A stretch of 64,000 nucleotides of DNA from Bacillota bacterium (GCA_029006345.1 JAQXGK010000032.1:8566-72565); one strand, 5' to 3'; shown: positions 19,545 through 30,451, counted from the stretch's first letter. The notes: generated by a model from the letters alone, not told the origin. Numbers and translations are program-made.

Positions 19545-20624
19545 TTATTTATTTTCAGACTTAATCTCCGTCCAAAGCTGCTGCATAAGCTCATTAATGT
19601 TATCGGGAAGCAAACGGAAGTGCTCCCAATTTTCCGGCTGCTCAGAGGGATAGGAAATCTCATCGTTCTTTATCTCGTCATCCAGCAGGTCATAAACCGC
19701 CTTATTAGGAGTCGAATATCCGAGATATTCGGTGTTTGCCAGGCCGACGTCAGGCTCAAGCATAAAGTTTATGAAAGCCTCGGCAAGACGCTTGTTTGAA
19801 GCCGTTTTGGGAATGCACATGGCGTCGTTAAAAATATTTGTGCCGCTTTCGGGACGGACAAACTCAAGCGCTTCGTTCTCTTCTGCGACAGCCAAATAAT
19901 CCCCCGCGTAATAAACGCCGATCGCCGCATTACCGGTAGGCATCTTCTGGAAGAAGTCATCCATGACATATACAAACTTCTGTTTCTTAAGCTCTTCGGC
20001 TGCTTTTCGCCATTCATCTTCGTTGGTGGAATTCATGGAGTATCCGAGCTTGTTGAGAGCTATGGCAAATGCATCGCGAGGATTGTCGAACATCAGTATC
20101 TGATTCGGATAATTGTCGCTCCACATATCGTCCCACGACGTAATCTCTCCGTCCACCATGTCGGAGTTATAGATAATACCTACGGTTCCCCAAAAATAAG
20201 GAACGGAATACTCACCCGTAGGGTCATAGTCGGGATTCAGAAAATCAGACATGATATTCTTCATGTTCGGTATATTATCGAAATCAATTTTTGCGAGCAT
20301 ATCTTCCTTGATAAGCTTTTCCACAAGATAATCTGAGGGAAAAATAACATCATAGTCAGCAGCGCCTGATTTAAGCTTGGCATAAAGCGACTCATTCGTA
20401 TCGGCCGTAACATATTCTACCGTTGCGCCGGTGCGCTTTTCAAATTCCGCTACTACATCCATGTAGCCATCTTCGCCATCCGAAATATACTCGCCCCAGT
20501 TGCAGACAACAAGTGTCTGACCGGCAAACTCTTTGTCGGCATCGGTATCAGCGCCGTCAGCAGAGCATGCGACGAGAGACATTATAAGAGTGAATATAAG
20601 TATTGCGGAAAAAAGTTTTTTCAA
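19545..20624 (-). CDS. potD: spermidine/putrescine ABC transporter substrate-binding lipoprotein
   Basis: Lipobox (LVAC) and a PotD-like body. Last gene of the potABCD-type operon. Confidence 0.85.
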   Translation of the reverse strand: MKKLFSAILIFTLIMSLVACSADGADTDADKEFAGQTLVVCNWGEYISDGEDGYMDVVAEFEKRTGATVEYVTADTNESLYAKLKSGAADYDVIFPSDYLVEKLIKEDMLAKIDFDNIPNMKNIMSDFLNPDYDPTGEYSVPYFWGTVGIIYNSDMVDGEITSWDDMWSDNYPNQILMFDNPRDAFAIALNKLGYSMNSTNEDEWRKAAEELKKQKFVYVMDDFFQKMPTGNAAIGVYYAGDYLAVAEENEALEFVRPESGTNIFNDAMCIPKTASNKRLAEAFINFMLEPDVGLANTEYLGYSTPNKAVYDLLDDEIKNDEISYPSEQPENWEHFRLLPDNINELMQQLWTEIKSENK

Positions 20625-20663
20625 TTAAGTATTCTCCTTTGTTTCAATAAAATTTTTCTTGTT

Positions 20664-21467
20664 TTACTTTTCCTTATCGCGTTCGCGAAGGTTTACCACA
20701 ATAAGCATTGTCAGGACTATAATAAACAGTATTCCCGTAAGCGAAAGCATCCATGCCTTCGGGCCCACCTTAAGGCTGTTATTGATATAGACGGAGAGCG
20801 TCTGGAAGTTGCCGCCGGTAAAATAGCTTATGACAAAGTCGTCTATAGAGAAGGTAAATGCCATCAAAAATCCCGCAAAAATGCCGGGAAATATCTCAGG
20901 AAATACTACCTTTCGGAAGGCTACTCCCGGCTTACAGCCCAGGTCGAGCGCCGCCTCGTAGAGAGAGGGATCCATGCGCCTTATTCGCGGCAAAACGTTC
21001 AATATAACATACGGTGTATCAAACAGAATGTGCGACAGCAGAACAGTAACCGCGTTCAGCCTTAGCCCGAGAGCATGCGTCACGGCTACAAACAGCAGCA
21101 TAAGCGAAACGCCCGTGACAATCTCAGGATTGATAATAGGCATATTTGAAATATTGAGTACGATTTTGCGCGAGCGGTTCTTTAAGTTGCTTATACCAAT
21201 AGCCGCGCAGGTACCTAACAGCGACGCGAACAGAGCCGCGAACAGAGCAATAACCAAAGTATTGATAACCACTCCGATAAGCTCGCTGTTGCTCAAGAGA
21301 TTTTTGTAATTTTCAAGCGTAAAGCCGGTAAAGTTAAAATTGACCTTTCCCTTTCTTCCGGGCTCGTTAAACGAGTAAAAAATCATTACGCCTATCGGAA
21401 AATATAAGAAAATGAATATAACGGCGAGGTAAATTTTCGAAATAATTTTTTTCATATTCTTCACCAC
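20664..21467 (-). CDS. potC: spermidine/putrescine ABC transporter permease
   Basis: 267 aa, six TM. EAALDLGCKPGVAFRKVVFP EAA loop. Confidence 0.85.
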   Translation of the reverse strand: MVKNMKKIISKIYLAVIFIFLYFPIGVMIFYSFNEPGRKGKVNFNFTGFTLENYKNLLSNSELIGVVINTLVIALFAALFASLLGTCAAIGISNLKNRSRKIVLNISNMPIINPEIVTGVSLMLLFVAVTHALGLRLNAVTVLLSHILFDTPYVILNVLPRIRRMDPSLYEAALDLGCKPGVAFRKVVFPEIFPGIFAGFLMAFTFSIDDFVISYFTGGNFQTLSVYINNSLKVGPKAWMLSLTGILFIIVLTMLIVVNLRERDKEK

Positions 21468-21471
21468 CGCC

Positions 21472-22275
21472 TTACATTATAACGACGTCTTCGGCGTCGT
21501 CAAAGTGGTTCATGATAGCCATACTTATCAATATAACAATCATCAAAACAAGAGACAGAATTGATCCGGCGTGCATATCAGGCGCAGTACCGACATAATA
21601 CTGCTCAATCGTGTCGCCGATGAGGTTGTAATTACCCAGACGGCGGCTGATGATAAATGTACTTGCCGCCGGGACGAATACCATCGTTATACCTGAAATA
21701 ACCCCCGGTATGCTCAGCGGAAAGATTACACGGCGAAGCATCTGAAAATAATTACAGCCGAGATCGCGGCTTGCCTCAAGCACGGGTTTTGATATTTTGG
21801 ACATTACGGAATAAATGGGCAGAACCATAAACGGTAAAAAGTTATATACAGTTCCTACCACCACGGCCCCGGTTGTATTCAGCATTTGATACGGCCCGAA
21901 GCCGAGGATGCCGAATATCTGATTGAGAATACCGTTGTTTTCCAAAATAATCTGCCAGGAGCAAATGCGCAGAATAAAATTCATCCACATTGGGAGCATA
22001 ATGAGAATGTTCATCATGCGCTGACGCTTGACGCTCAAATTCATCATTATCAATGAGAGCGGATAAGCGAGAACCAGACAAACTGCAGTTGACACAACCG
22101 CTGTTTCGAGAGAGTCAAGAATAGTTGAAAAATTCTGCGAAATAAACCTGAAGTTTGAGAGCGTAAAACTGCCGCTTTCATCAGTAAACGAATAATAAAC
22201 GACCATTCCGAGCGGAATCACGACAAAGAGCGCCATCCATAATATATAAGGAAAAAGCGGCTTTTTACTTTTCAT
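21472..22275 (-). CDS. potB: spermidine/putrescine ABC transporter permease
   Basis: 267 aa. EASRDLGCNYFQMLRRVIFP EAA loop. Confidence 0.85.
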   Translation of the reverse strand: MKSKKPLFPYILWMALFVVIPLGMVVYYSFTDESGSFTLSNFRFISQNFSTILDSLETAVVSTAVCLVLAYPLSLIMMNLSVKRQRMMNILIMLPMWMNFILRICSWQIILENNGILNQIFGILGFGPYQMLNTTGAVVVGTVYNFLPFMVLPIYSVMSKISKPVLEASRDLGCNYFQMLRRVIFPLSIPGVISGITMVFVPAASTFIISRRLGNYNLIGDTIEQYYVGTAPDMHAGSILSLVLMIVILISMAIMNHFDDAEDVVIM

Positions 22276-23701
22276 CCTCTGTTTCCTCCGATGCCCGCGA
22301 TATCAGCGAAATCTCAGCCTTTTCGAGATTGAGACGGATTCCGATATCTGTAGCGACCTGTTCGTCAATGTCGCGCTTGATGAGAAAACGGCGTTCATCG
22401 GTCTCGACTATATATTCGTAGTGATTAGCTTTCCAAATAATACTGTCGAGATATCCCATGAAATCGCACTCGAAGTCCCCGACGACCGATATATCGAACG
22501 GATTTACGGCTATCCTTATCCTGTCGCCCTTATCAAAGCCGCGGCCGGTATTATCAAGTACATATGTCTTCGAATTAATCTCGATCTCAAAGCTGGAATC
22601 GTATGCGTCGGTAACTTCCGTCTCAACGGTATTGATATTGGAAGGATAGAGCTTACGCATAATGTGGATATTATCCGGTGTTACCGAAATCCCAACACGT
22701 TCGCCTACAGTGGCAGGAGAAGTCGAACTGATAACCCATATATATCCGTTGACATTAACGGTAGTATCGTAGTGTACACCCTTGAAAAGACAGGATTCGA
22801 CAACGCCGTCAAGAAATCCGCTGTCAGGCTGAACAAGCGATATGTCTTCGGGGCGGATGACTACGTCCACATGCTTTCTTCCGTTTGGACGCGGGTCAAC
22901 GCACGGGAAAGTATGGTCGCAGACATTTACCTCGTAATCCTTAAACATTTTACCGTCGAGAATATTTGCCTCTCCGATAAAATCCGCAACAAACGCATTG
23001 GCCGGCTCGTTATAAATATCCTGAGGCGTGCCTATCTGCTGAATGGTGCCTGACTTCATGACCACGATAATGTCGCTCATGGTGAGCGCCTCCTCCTGAT
23101 CATGAGTAACATACAAAAAGGTAATATTTGACTGCTTCTGGATGTTTTTAAGCTCAAGCTGCATATCCTTGCGAAGCTTTAAATCCAGTGCGCCGAGCGG
23201 TTCATCAAGCAATAAAAGGCGCGGCATATTTATTAACGCCCGCGCGATAGCCACTCTTTGCTGCTGGCCGCCGGAAAGCTTGGATACCGGACGCTTTTCA
23301 TACCCCTTCAGATCGACAAGAGCAAGCATTTTCCTGACTTTTTCGGCAATTTCCTTTTTGGGGACCTTCTTTAAGCTGAGCCCGAATGCGACATTGTCAA
23401 AAACATTGAGGTGCGGAAAAAGAGCATACTTTTGAAAGACGGTATTGACCGCACGCTCATGAGGCGGAATATCGTCTACTACTTTGTTGTTAAATAAGAC
23501 ATGACCCGATGTAGGCTTTTCAAAGCCGCCGATCAGTCTCAATATGGTTGTCTTACCGCAACCGGATGGGCCGAGCAAGGTGACGAACTGTTTATCCTTA
23601 ATTTCAAGGTTTATATCTTTGAGTATCGGTTCATCATCAAAGGATTTGCAAAGCTTTTCAAGCCTTACCAAGACATCACCACTGCCAAGCGAGTTTTGCA
23701 T
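22265..23701 (-). CDS. potA: spermidine/putrescine ABC transporter ATP-binding protein with an extra C-terminal domain
   Basis: [23 protein letters not shown] and LLLDEPLGALD. 478 aa, about 100 aa longer than the PotA I recall, because of a C-terminal extension (see findings). Confidence 0.85.
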   Translation of the reverse strand: MQNSLGSGDVLVRLEKLCKSFDDEPILKDINLEIKDKQFVTLLGPSGCGKTTILRLIGGFEKPTSGHVLFNNKVVDDIPPHERAVNTVFQKYALFPHLNVFDNVAFGLSLKKVPKKEIAEKVRKMLALVDLKGYEKRPVSKLSGGQQQRVAIARALINMPRLLLLDEPLGALDLKLRKDMQLELKNIQKQSNITFLYVTHDQEEALTMSDIIVVMKSGTIQQIGTPQDIYNEPANAFVADFIGEANILDGKMFKDYEVNVCDHTFPCVDPRPNGRKHVDVVIRPEDISLVQPDSGFLDGVVESCLFKGVHYDTTVNVNGYIWVISSTSPATVGERVGISVTPDNIHIMRKLYPSNINTVETEVTDAYDSSFEIEINSKTYVLDNTGRGFDKGDRIRIAVNPFDISVVGDFECDFMGYLDSIIWKANHYEYIVETDERRFLIKRDIDEQVATDIGIRLNLEKAEISLISRASEETEDEK

Positions 23702-23836
23702 CTATCTACCACCAATCCTAAAAAATCGCTTTTTCTGAAAAAAAGCGTCAAAAAATAATCAAACAATCAATAATATACACTATTTTGGAAAAAAGTCAAT
23801 ATATTTACGGATTTTAACGGAAAAGCGCCGTTGTTT

Positions 23837-25099
23837 TTAAGATAATACTTTAACCCTGCCGCCTAATGCAGTGAAATCTTCAAAGAAATCAGGGTAGGAT
23901 TTATTGATAGCCTCCGCACCGTGTATTACTACTTCCCCACGGCATCCGCACGATGCTATGGCAGCCGCCATAACGATGCGGTGATCGTTGCAGCCGTCAA
24001 CTTCGCCGCCGGCAAGAGAGTCCTTGCCGTTAATATTGAGCCCGTCTTCAGTCTCGGTGATATCGGCGCCGAGGGAGCTGAGAAAAGCTCTTATAGCCGA
24101 GAGTCGGTCGCTTTCCTTTTCACGAAGCCGTCCGGCATTAAATATAACCGTATTACCGTCCGACAGCGCCGCAATAACCGACATTATAGGAACAAGGTCA
24201 GGTATGGAATCCGCGTCGAAGGAATATGCCTTCAGCTCGATCGGCGAAACAGTAAATTTAGCCTTCTTGCTCTTGACCGAAGCGCCGAAAAGGCACAGAA
24301 GATTAAATACATCGCGGTCGGGCTGATATGATTTATCATTCAGGTCTTTCACCGAAACCCTGCCGCCTATCGCACCTGCAGCAAGCCAGAACGCGCTGTT
24401 GGACCAGTCGCCCTCGCAATACAGATTTCCCTTGGTTTTGTATTTTTGTTCACCGGGTATTATGAAGCGATTTCCCTTTTCTATGACCGTAATACCGAAC
24501 TCCTTCAGCACGTCGAGAGTGAGATCGATATATCCGCGGGAAGAAAAGCCGTCTTCGACAACAAGCTCGCTCTGTCCCTTCAAAAGCGGAAGAGCAAACA
24601 GCAACCCGGATATATACTGAGAGCTAACGCTTCCGGGAATGGTATATATACCGCTTCTGAGGTTGCCGGAAACAGTCATGGGAAGCGTGCTTTCCGAAAA
24701 AACCGCGCCGTTTTCCGATAGCGTCCGGCAAAGCTCCTTGATAGGACGCTTTGAAAGCCTTCCGTGTCCCGAAAGCTCGGCGCTTTCGGAGAATATCACC
24801 GCAAGGGGCAAAAGCAGACGGTAGGTAGTGCCGCATTCTCCGAAATCAAGCAGAGCCTTCTGTACCGGCCTTTCTTTAATCGGAGTAACGCTGACCTGAT
24901 GCTCTGTTATATCAAATCGCGCTCCTAATTTGCTAAGACACCGAAGAGTCGCCTTGATATCATCCGACATCTTATTATAAAATATAACGCTCTTCTTATT
25001 TGCAAGAGCGGCGGCTATCAGCAATCTGTGAAAATGTGACTTGGATGAAATAGCGTCTATTTCACCCGTAAGCGCGCTCGGGGTTATTTTAACATCCAT
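23837..25099 (-). CDS. aroA: 3-phosphoshikimate 1-carboxyvinyltransferase (EPSP synthase)
   Basis: 420 aa. SKSHFHRLLIAAAL, GECGTTYRLL and RLREKESDRL motifs. Confidence 0.9.
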   Translation of the reverse strand: MDVKITPSALTGEIDAISSKSHFHRLLIAAALANKKSVIFYNKMSDDIKATLRCLSKLGARFDITEHQVSVTPIKERPVQKALLDFGECGTTYRLLLPLAVIFSESAELSGHGRLSKRPIKELCRTLSENGAVFSESTLPMTVSGNLRSGIYTIPGSVSSQYISGLLFALPLLKGQSELVVEDGFSSRGYIDLTLDVLKEFGITVIEKGNRFIIPGEQKYKTKGNLYCEGDWSNSAFWLAAGAIGGRVSVKDLNDKSYQPDRDVFNLLCLFGASVKSKKAKFTVSPIELKAYSFDADSIPDLVPIMSVIAALSDGNTVIFNAGRLREKESDRLSAIRAFLSSLGADITETEDGLNINGKDSLAGGEVDGCNDHRIVMAAAIASCGCRGEVVIHGAEAINKSYPDFFEDFTALGGRVKVLS

Positions 25100-26166
25100 T
25101 CAAACTCGCCCTCCTCGGCGGCTTTAAGAAATATCTTAAATTCGTCTATACCCATCGACTGAACAAAGCAGTTGCCGATTTGCACGGGTATTACAACTGA
25201 GATTTCATCCGTTCTCAGCATTTTATCGCTAAGCGCCGATTTACATATCTCATCTATCGGAATATCCGTTTCAGTCGGCAGAGAATATTTTCGTAAAAGT
25301 CCGGTAAGCTTGTCAAAGACTGCTTCTGTGCTCAACCCGGCCTTCTCTGAAGCCCGTGACATCATTGCCATACCTATAGAAACAGCGTTTCCGTGACTTA
25401 CCGTGTAATCGGAGAGCTCCTCAATTGCATGACCGATAGTGTGTCCGAAATTAAGCAAAACGCTCAGGCCGTCATTCAGCCCGTCCTTCTCAATCAAAGT
25501 CCTTTTGATATTAACGCATTCGGATATGATTTTTTCTTCATTTCCCTCAAAACCGTTTACCGAAAGCATTTTGAACAACTCTTCTGAACAAACAACGGCG
25601 CACTTTATAACCTCTGCCATTCCGTCGGACATATAATGCGGCGGCAAAGTACAAAGTGTATCCGTATCGCAGACAACTAAAGAAGGCGAATACATACTTC
25701 CGATGAGATTTTTTCCGTTTTCAAGATTAATGCCGGTCTTTCCGCCGACCGACAAATCGACTGCCGACAACAATGTGGTAGGTATATAGATACAGCGAAC
25801 GCCCCGAAGATAAACCGATGCGGCAAAGCCCGCCGTATCTCCGACAACACCGCCGCCCAGCGCAACCACCAGGTCGTTTCTCGAAAGACCTATTTCACAA
25901 AAGTAATCTATAAGCTTTCCGACGGTTGAAAGATTCTTTGATTTTTCGCCGGCAGGAAATACAAATTGTTCACAGGCAGGGCAAATCCTCGAAAGAACTG
26001 CTCTTACCCTGCCGCCGTAGATTGGCGCAACATTTTCGTCGCTTACTATAACGCACTTGGAAAAACCCAACAACTGATCCCGCAGGAGCGAATCAAGCTG
26101 TGTCAGAAGGCCGCTTCCTATGTAGCAATTATAGCCGCGGGATGTATTTACCGATATCTTTTGCAT
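25084..26166 (-). CDS. aroB: 3-dehydroquinate synthase
   Basis: 360 aa. LGGGVVGDTAGFAA and GHTIGHAIE metal/NAD motifs. Overlaps the aroA start. Confidence 0.9.
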   Translation of the reverse strand: MQKISVNTSRGYNCYIGSGLLTQLDSLLRDQLLGFSKCVIVSDENVAPIYGGRVRAVLSRICPACEQFVFPAGEKSKNLSTVGKLIDYFCEIGLSRNDLVVALGGGVVGDTAGFAASVYLRGVRCIYIPTTLLSAVDLSVGGKTGINLENGKNLIGSMYSPSLVVCDTDTLCTLPPHYMSDGMAEVIKCAVVCSEELFKMLSVNGFEGNEEKIISECVNIKRTLIEKDGLNDGLSVLLNFGHTIGHAIEELSDYTVSHGNAVSIGMAMMSRASEKAGLSTEAVFDKLTGLLRKYSLPTETDIPIDEICKSALSDKMLRTDEISVVIPVQIGNCFVQSMGIDEFKIFLKAAEEGEFEWMLK

Positions 26167-26187
26167 ACAGCCTCTCCCTCCGTGCCT

Positions 26188-27423
26188 TCAGCTAATCACG
26201 AAGTGCTTGGGAAGACCGTTTTCAAAAACAGTCTCTACCTCGCCATCTATGAGAGGCTTTATATATTCGAGACACTCCCTTGTTACAAAAGAGCCGTCCT
26301 CGCTTATGTACTCGCGAGGTACATAATGAGAATTATTGGCAACCTCTGCTATGTCGGCCAACACTAAGTCCGAGCAATAATCTCTTGTCTTGCGTCTGAC
26401 AAAGCTCGCCATCTTGCCGCTTTCGCCCGAGAGCGCCGATAGTGCAGCGTAGCGTCCGACGGCAACCGATTCATCAATATCGCATTTTGAAAGAATATGC
26501 GCGGCACAGCGCTGAAGTATATTAATTTCAACCGACCGAACCTTACATCCTATTCGGTTTCTCACCAAATCCTCAAGCACATGTGCAGTGCCGGAAAAAT
26601 AACCGTGTCCGAAAACATCTACCGCTCCGCTCTGAGCCTGTTCTCCTATCAGCTTCCCCCCGGCATCAACAAGTCCCTCTGAAACCGCAACCACAACATA
26701 AGGCTTATGCTTTTGTATTTTAAGTATTTTTTCGACAAAAGAATCCTCATCAAAGCCGACTTCAGGCAGATAACATAGATCGCAGGTCTCGTCGCCGTAC
26801 AAGCTCGGCAGCGCGGCCGCCGCGGTAAGCCAACCGGCGTCACGCCCCATTATTTCAACTATTGTCACGGCCTTCTTTGTATATACCGAGCAATCGCGGC
26901 ATATCTCCTTCATAGCACAAGCGACATACTTGGCCGCACTGCCGTATCCAGGAGTATGGTCAGTCGCGCACAGGTCATTGTCAATGGTTTTTGGAACACC
27001 GATAAATGACACATCTATTCCGCGAATTCGTGCAGCCCTGTCGAGCTTGAGCACGGTATCCATAGAGTCGTTACCGCCGATATACAGAAAATACTTAATG
27101 TTGTTTTGGTGTAAAAAGCCGAAAATCGCATCATATACGACACTGCCCTCATTATCGTCGGGCTCGGGAAGACGCTTGCGGCAGCTGCCGAGGGCGGCTG
27201 CGGGAGTCTGCTCAAGCAGCTTTAAGCTCTCTTCGTCCGGCAAAAGCGAGAACAGATCTACTGTCCTGCCTTCCAGCAGCCCTTCTACTCCGTTTCTCAT
27301 GCCGAAAAGCTTATCGACCCTGCCGGACTCGCGCAGGCCTCTTACCACTCCGGAAAGCGTCGCGTTTATTGCCGCTGTCGGCCCTCCTGACTGACCGACG
27401 ACCGCATTATATTTCTGTATCAT
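26188..27423 (-). CDS. pfp: phosphofructokinase, PPi-dependent type
   Basis: GQSGGPTAAINA. IGGNDSM (Asp in place of the second Gly) and PKTIDND (Lys in place of Gly) are the residues associated with PPi rather than ATP use. Confidence 0.75.
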   Translation of the reverse strand: MIQKYNAVVGQSGGPTAAINATLSGVVRGLRESGRVDKLFGMRNGVEGLLEGRTVDLFSLLPDEESLKLLEQTPAAALGSCRKRLPEPDDNEGSVVYDAIFGFLHQNNIKYFLYIGGNDSMDTVLKLDRAARIRGIDVSFIGVPKTIDNDLCATDHTPGYGSAAKYVACAMKEICRDCSVYTKKAVTIVEIMGRDAGWLTAAAALPSLYGDETCDLCYLPEVGFDEDSFVEKILKIQKHKPYVVVAVSEGLVDAGGKLIGEQAQSGAVDVFGHGYFSGTAHVLEDLVRNRIGCKVRSVEINILQRCAAHILSKCDIDESVAVGRYAALSALSGESGKMASFVRRKTRDYCSDLVLADIAEVANNSHYVPREYISEDGSFVTRECLEYIKPLIDGEVETVFENGLPKHFVIS

Positions 27424-27443
27424 TTATCTGCTCCTCTGTATAG

Positions 27444-28370
27444 TTATCGCTGTGATTTTATCTTGCTGATATCATACGGCGTTTGCTGGTAAACAAAGTA
27501 ATTAAGCCAGTTTGAGAACAGCAGGTGCGCATGAGAGCGCCATCTGTTCACAGGTGTTTTTGAAGGGTCATCATCGGGATAATAATTTTCCGGGATCGCA
27601 ATGTCAAGTCCTTTATCAATATCACGCTTATACTCGCTGTCGAGGGTATTATAATCATACTCAACATGACCGGTTATAAAAATGTTTCGTCTGCTCTTTG
27701 AAACGACAAGGAATACACCGGCGGTTTCACTGTCGGATATAAGCTCCACCTTGTCACATGCGAGTATATCCTCTCTTTTAACCGTGCTGTAGCGGGAATG
27801 CGGCGCCCAAAACTCTTCATCAAAGCCGCGCACAAGCTCGCTCGACGGGTCGAGAACGCGGTGACGGAATATGCCTGAAAGCTTTCTTTCAAGCGGATAT
27901 TTCCGTATGCCGTAATTGTAGTAAAGACCGGCCTGAGCTCCCCAACAAATATATAAGTTTGAGTGGACATTCTTTTTTGACCACTTCATTATATCGCAGA
28001 ATTCCTGCCAATAATCCACTTGCTCAAAGTCGAGATTTTCGACCGGTGCACCCGTGATTATCAAGCCGTCATACTTTTCGCCTCGCACCTCGGAAAAATC
28101 CTTATAAAAGGTGTCGAGATAGCGCTGAGAGGTGTTTTTGGATGTGTGCGATGACATATGAAGCAGCGTAATATCTATCTGAAGAGGAGTGTTTGAAAGC
28201 AGCCTGAGTATCTGTGTTTCGGTAACTTCCTTTGTCGGCATAAGATTAAGCAGCATTATTTTAAGCGGACGTATATCCTGATGACTTGCGCGCAATTCCT
28301 TCATGGTGAAAATATTTTCTTTTTCGAGGGTTTTTGCGGCAGGCAGATTATTAGGTATTTTTATCGGCAT
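27444..28370 (-). CDS. metA: homoserine O-acyltransferase MetA
   Basis: [11 protein letters not shown]...[12 protein letters not shown]...ICWGAQAG, including the catalytic Cys context of the MetA family. Confidence 0.9.
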   Translation of the reverse strand: MPIKIPNNLPAAKTLEKENIFTMKELRASHQDIRPLKIMLLNLMPTKEVTETQILRLLSNTPLQIDITLLHMSSHTSKNTSQRYLDTFYKDFSEVRGEKYDGLIITGAPVENLDFEQVDYWQEFCDIMKWSKKNVHSNLYICWGAQAGLYYNYGIRKYPLERKLSGIFRHRVLDPSSELVRGFDEEFWAPHSRYSTVKREDILACDKVELISDSETAGVFLVVSKSRRNIFITGHVEYDYNTLDSEYKRDIDKGLDIAIPENYYPDDDPSKTPVNRWRSHAHLLFSNWLNYFVYQQTPYDISKIKSQR

Positions 28371-28395
28371 TCAAACTCACCATCCTGTCATTTGG

Positions 28396-29274
28396 TCACT
28401 TAGCGGCGCGCTTGCGAATTTCCTTTAATTCATCCACTGAGAACTCATAGGTATTTGCGCAAAAGCCGCAGTTGGCAGTAATAGACTTGCCGTCGGCAAT
28501 CATTTCATCCAGCTCTTTAACTCCCACGGCGGACAGACTTTCCGCATAACGCTTCTTTGAGCAATTGCAGAGATACTCAACATCAATGGTATCGAAGACC
28601 TCATATTCGATACCTTCGAAAATCATATCGATAATTTGCTCCGGAGTTTTTCCGGAATCCAGAAGTCGCGAAACCGGAGGCAAAAGCGAGCAGTTGTTTT
28701 CGAGCTGAGTTATAGTCTGCTCCTCGGCACCCGGCATAAGCTGTGCCAAATAGCCGCCTGAAGACTGAGGATAACCGTCTCGTCCGACAAGCACGCCGAG
28801 GGAACAAGCAGTAGGAGTTTGTTCACTGGAAAGGAAATAATGAGCAATATCCTCGGCTATTTCGCCGGAGACAAGCTCACAGGTACCGATATAGGGCTCC
28901 TTGAGTCCTATATCCTTAATAACAAAGAGATTTCCCTTGCCAACCGCTCCGCCTACATCAAGCTTTCCCTTTGAATTAAGCGGTAAATCTACCGAATAAT
29001 CTCCGACATATCCCTTTACATTCCCCTTGTAATCGCCTACGCAGACCACAGAGCCCACGGGGCCCTCAGACTTAATTCTGAGGGTAAGCGACGATCCCTC
29101 ATCCTTCAAAAGACAGCTCATAAGAGAGCAAGCGGTGAGGCACCTTCCAAACAGAGCCGTTACCGTCGGAGTCATATCAAAAAGATGCGAAACACGGTCT
29201 ATTATTGACAAACTGTCGCAGAAAATCACCCGAACCGAGCCGTCGTGAGATATTGCTCTGACTATTTTTCCCAT
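28396..29274 (-). CDS. hslO: redox-regulated chaperone Hsp33
   Basis: 292 aa. C-terminal zinc centre CNCS...CGFC. Confidence 0.9.
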   Translation of the reverse strand: MGKIVRAISHDGSVRVIFCDSLSIIDRVSHLFDMTPTVTALFGRCLTACSLMSCLLKDEGSSLTLRIKSEGPVGSVVCVGDYKGNVKGYVGDYSVDLPLNSKGKLDVGGAVGKGNLFVIKDIGLKEPYIGTCELVSGEIAEDIAHYFLSSEQTPTACSLGVLVGRDGYPQSSGGYLAQLMPGAEEQTITQLENNCSLLPPVSRLLDSGKTPEQIIDMIFEGIEYEVFDTIDVEYLCNCSKKRYAESLSAVGVKELDEMIADGKSITANCGFCANTYEFSVDELKEIRKRAAK

Positions 29275-29275
29275 A

Positions 29276-30040
29276 TCAATGCTTTTTCCTAACTATATAA
29301 TAATATTTAAGGCTTTCCTTTTCAATAAAATCGAGGACATCCTCGTCGAGACACTTGCGGACGATATCAAGTCCTGCTTCGGCAAGCTTTCTTTCTATGA
29401 ACTCGCACGACCAACAGCGCTGCTTCTGACTCTCATCAAACCGTCGGATATGACCGTCCTGTCCGGCAAAGAAGGTCAGCTCAAAATAACACATTTTGCT
29501 ACTCTCGTGATAATCGTTCTGCCAAATACAGTAAACATTATCGTGGTCGAGGACAAAGGTATTGTCGCCGTAAACATGCCTGTATTTATACGGTGTGTTG
29601 ATATCAAAGATAAATATACCGTCATCCGAAAGCGCGTCAGCCACCCGCTCAAAGGTATGCAGGACATCATCTGAAACGGTAAGATAATTCACGCAGTCAA
29701 AACAAGAAATAATAACATCCTGTTTAGCACAAACGGAAAAAGAACGCATATCCTGATGCGTAAAAGTGACCGGATTTCCAAGCGTCATACATTTACTGCT
29801 CGCCTCGGTCAGCATTTCCTCGGAAAGATCCGCGGCGCACACACGGTAGCCGGCGCGTGCAAATCTCAGCGAAAGCTCGCCTGTACCGCAGCCGAGGTCA
29901 AACAGCGACAGTGCTTCGCCGCCCTTATGAGGAACAAGCTCTCGTGCGGCCGAATCGATAAAATCAAAATATGAGTCATAATCCGCGCCGTCGTTGAGCA
30001 CGTCATAAAACCTCGCCAGATTTTCATACTGACTTATCAT
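29276..30040 (-). CDS. class I SAM-dependent methyltransferase
   Basis: LFDLGCGTGELS motif I and AADLSEEML motif II. Confidence 0.75.
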   Translation of the reverse strand: MISQYENLARFYDVLNDGADYDSYFDFIDSAARELVPHKGGEALSLFDLGCGTGELSLRFARAGYRVCAADLSEEMLTEASSKCMTLGNPVTFTHQDMRSFSVCAKQDVIISCFDCVNYLTVSDDVLHTFERVADALSDDGIFIFDINTPYKYRHVYGDNTFVLDHDNVYCIWQNDYHESSKMCYFELTFFAGQDGHIRRFDESQKQRCWSCEFIERKLAEAGLDIVRKCLDEDVLDFIEKESLKYYYIVRKKH

Positions 30041-30333
30041 TTTTCATCGTTCTCTATTCGCTTTATTATAGTCGAATAACCGTCGGTGCCGTATTTCAGG
30101 CAGCGGTTGACCCGGCTTATGGTAGCTGTCGAAAGTCCGCTCTGCTCAACTATATCGGTATAAACAACATTTTTCATAAGCATTTGCGCGACATTGAGCC
30201 GCTTGCTCATTTCCTGAATTTCCGATATAGTGCAGAGGTCCTCAAAAAAATCATAGCACTCCTCTACTGTCCTCAAGGACAGTATAGCCTTAAAAAGATA
30301 ATCATTGAGAGGAGATTTTAATTTTTCGTTCAT
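30037..30333 (-). CDS. YerC/YecD-family TrpR-like DNA-binding protein
   Basis: 98 aa. CTISEIQEMSKRLNVAQML...STATISRVNRCLKYG helix-turn-helix typical of this family. Confidence 0.75.
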   Translation of the reverse strand: MNEKLKSPLNDYLFKAILSLRTVEECYDFFEDLCTISEIQEMSKRLNVAQMLMKNVVYTDIVEQSGLSTATISRVNRCLKYGTDGYSTIIKRIENDEK

Positions 30334-30451
30334 AAAAAACTTTCCTTTCGTCCAAGCGGAAAAAGATACCGCCGCAAGCCATATATGATATTTTACTACA
30401 TTCTTTTATATATGTAAAGTAAAATCTTTCACAAACTAAAGCGCTGAAGTG

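Noticed and set aside
28371-28395. Expected SAM or T-box leader upstream of metA.
   Set aside because: Only 25 nt separate metA from hslO, so metA is read as part of the upstream transcription unit and there is no space for a riboswitch.
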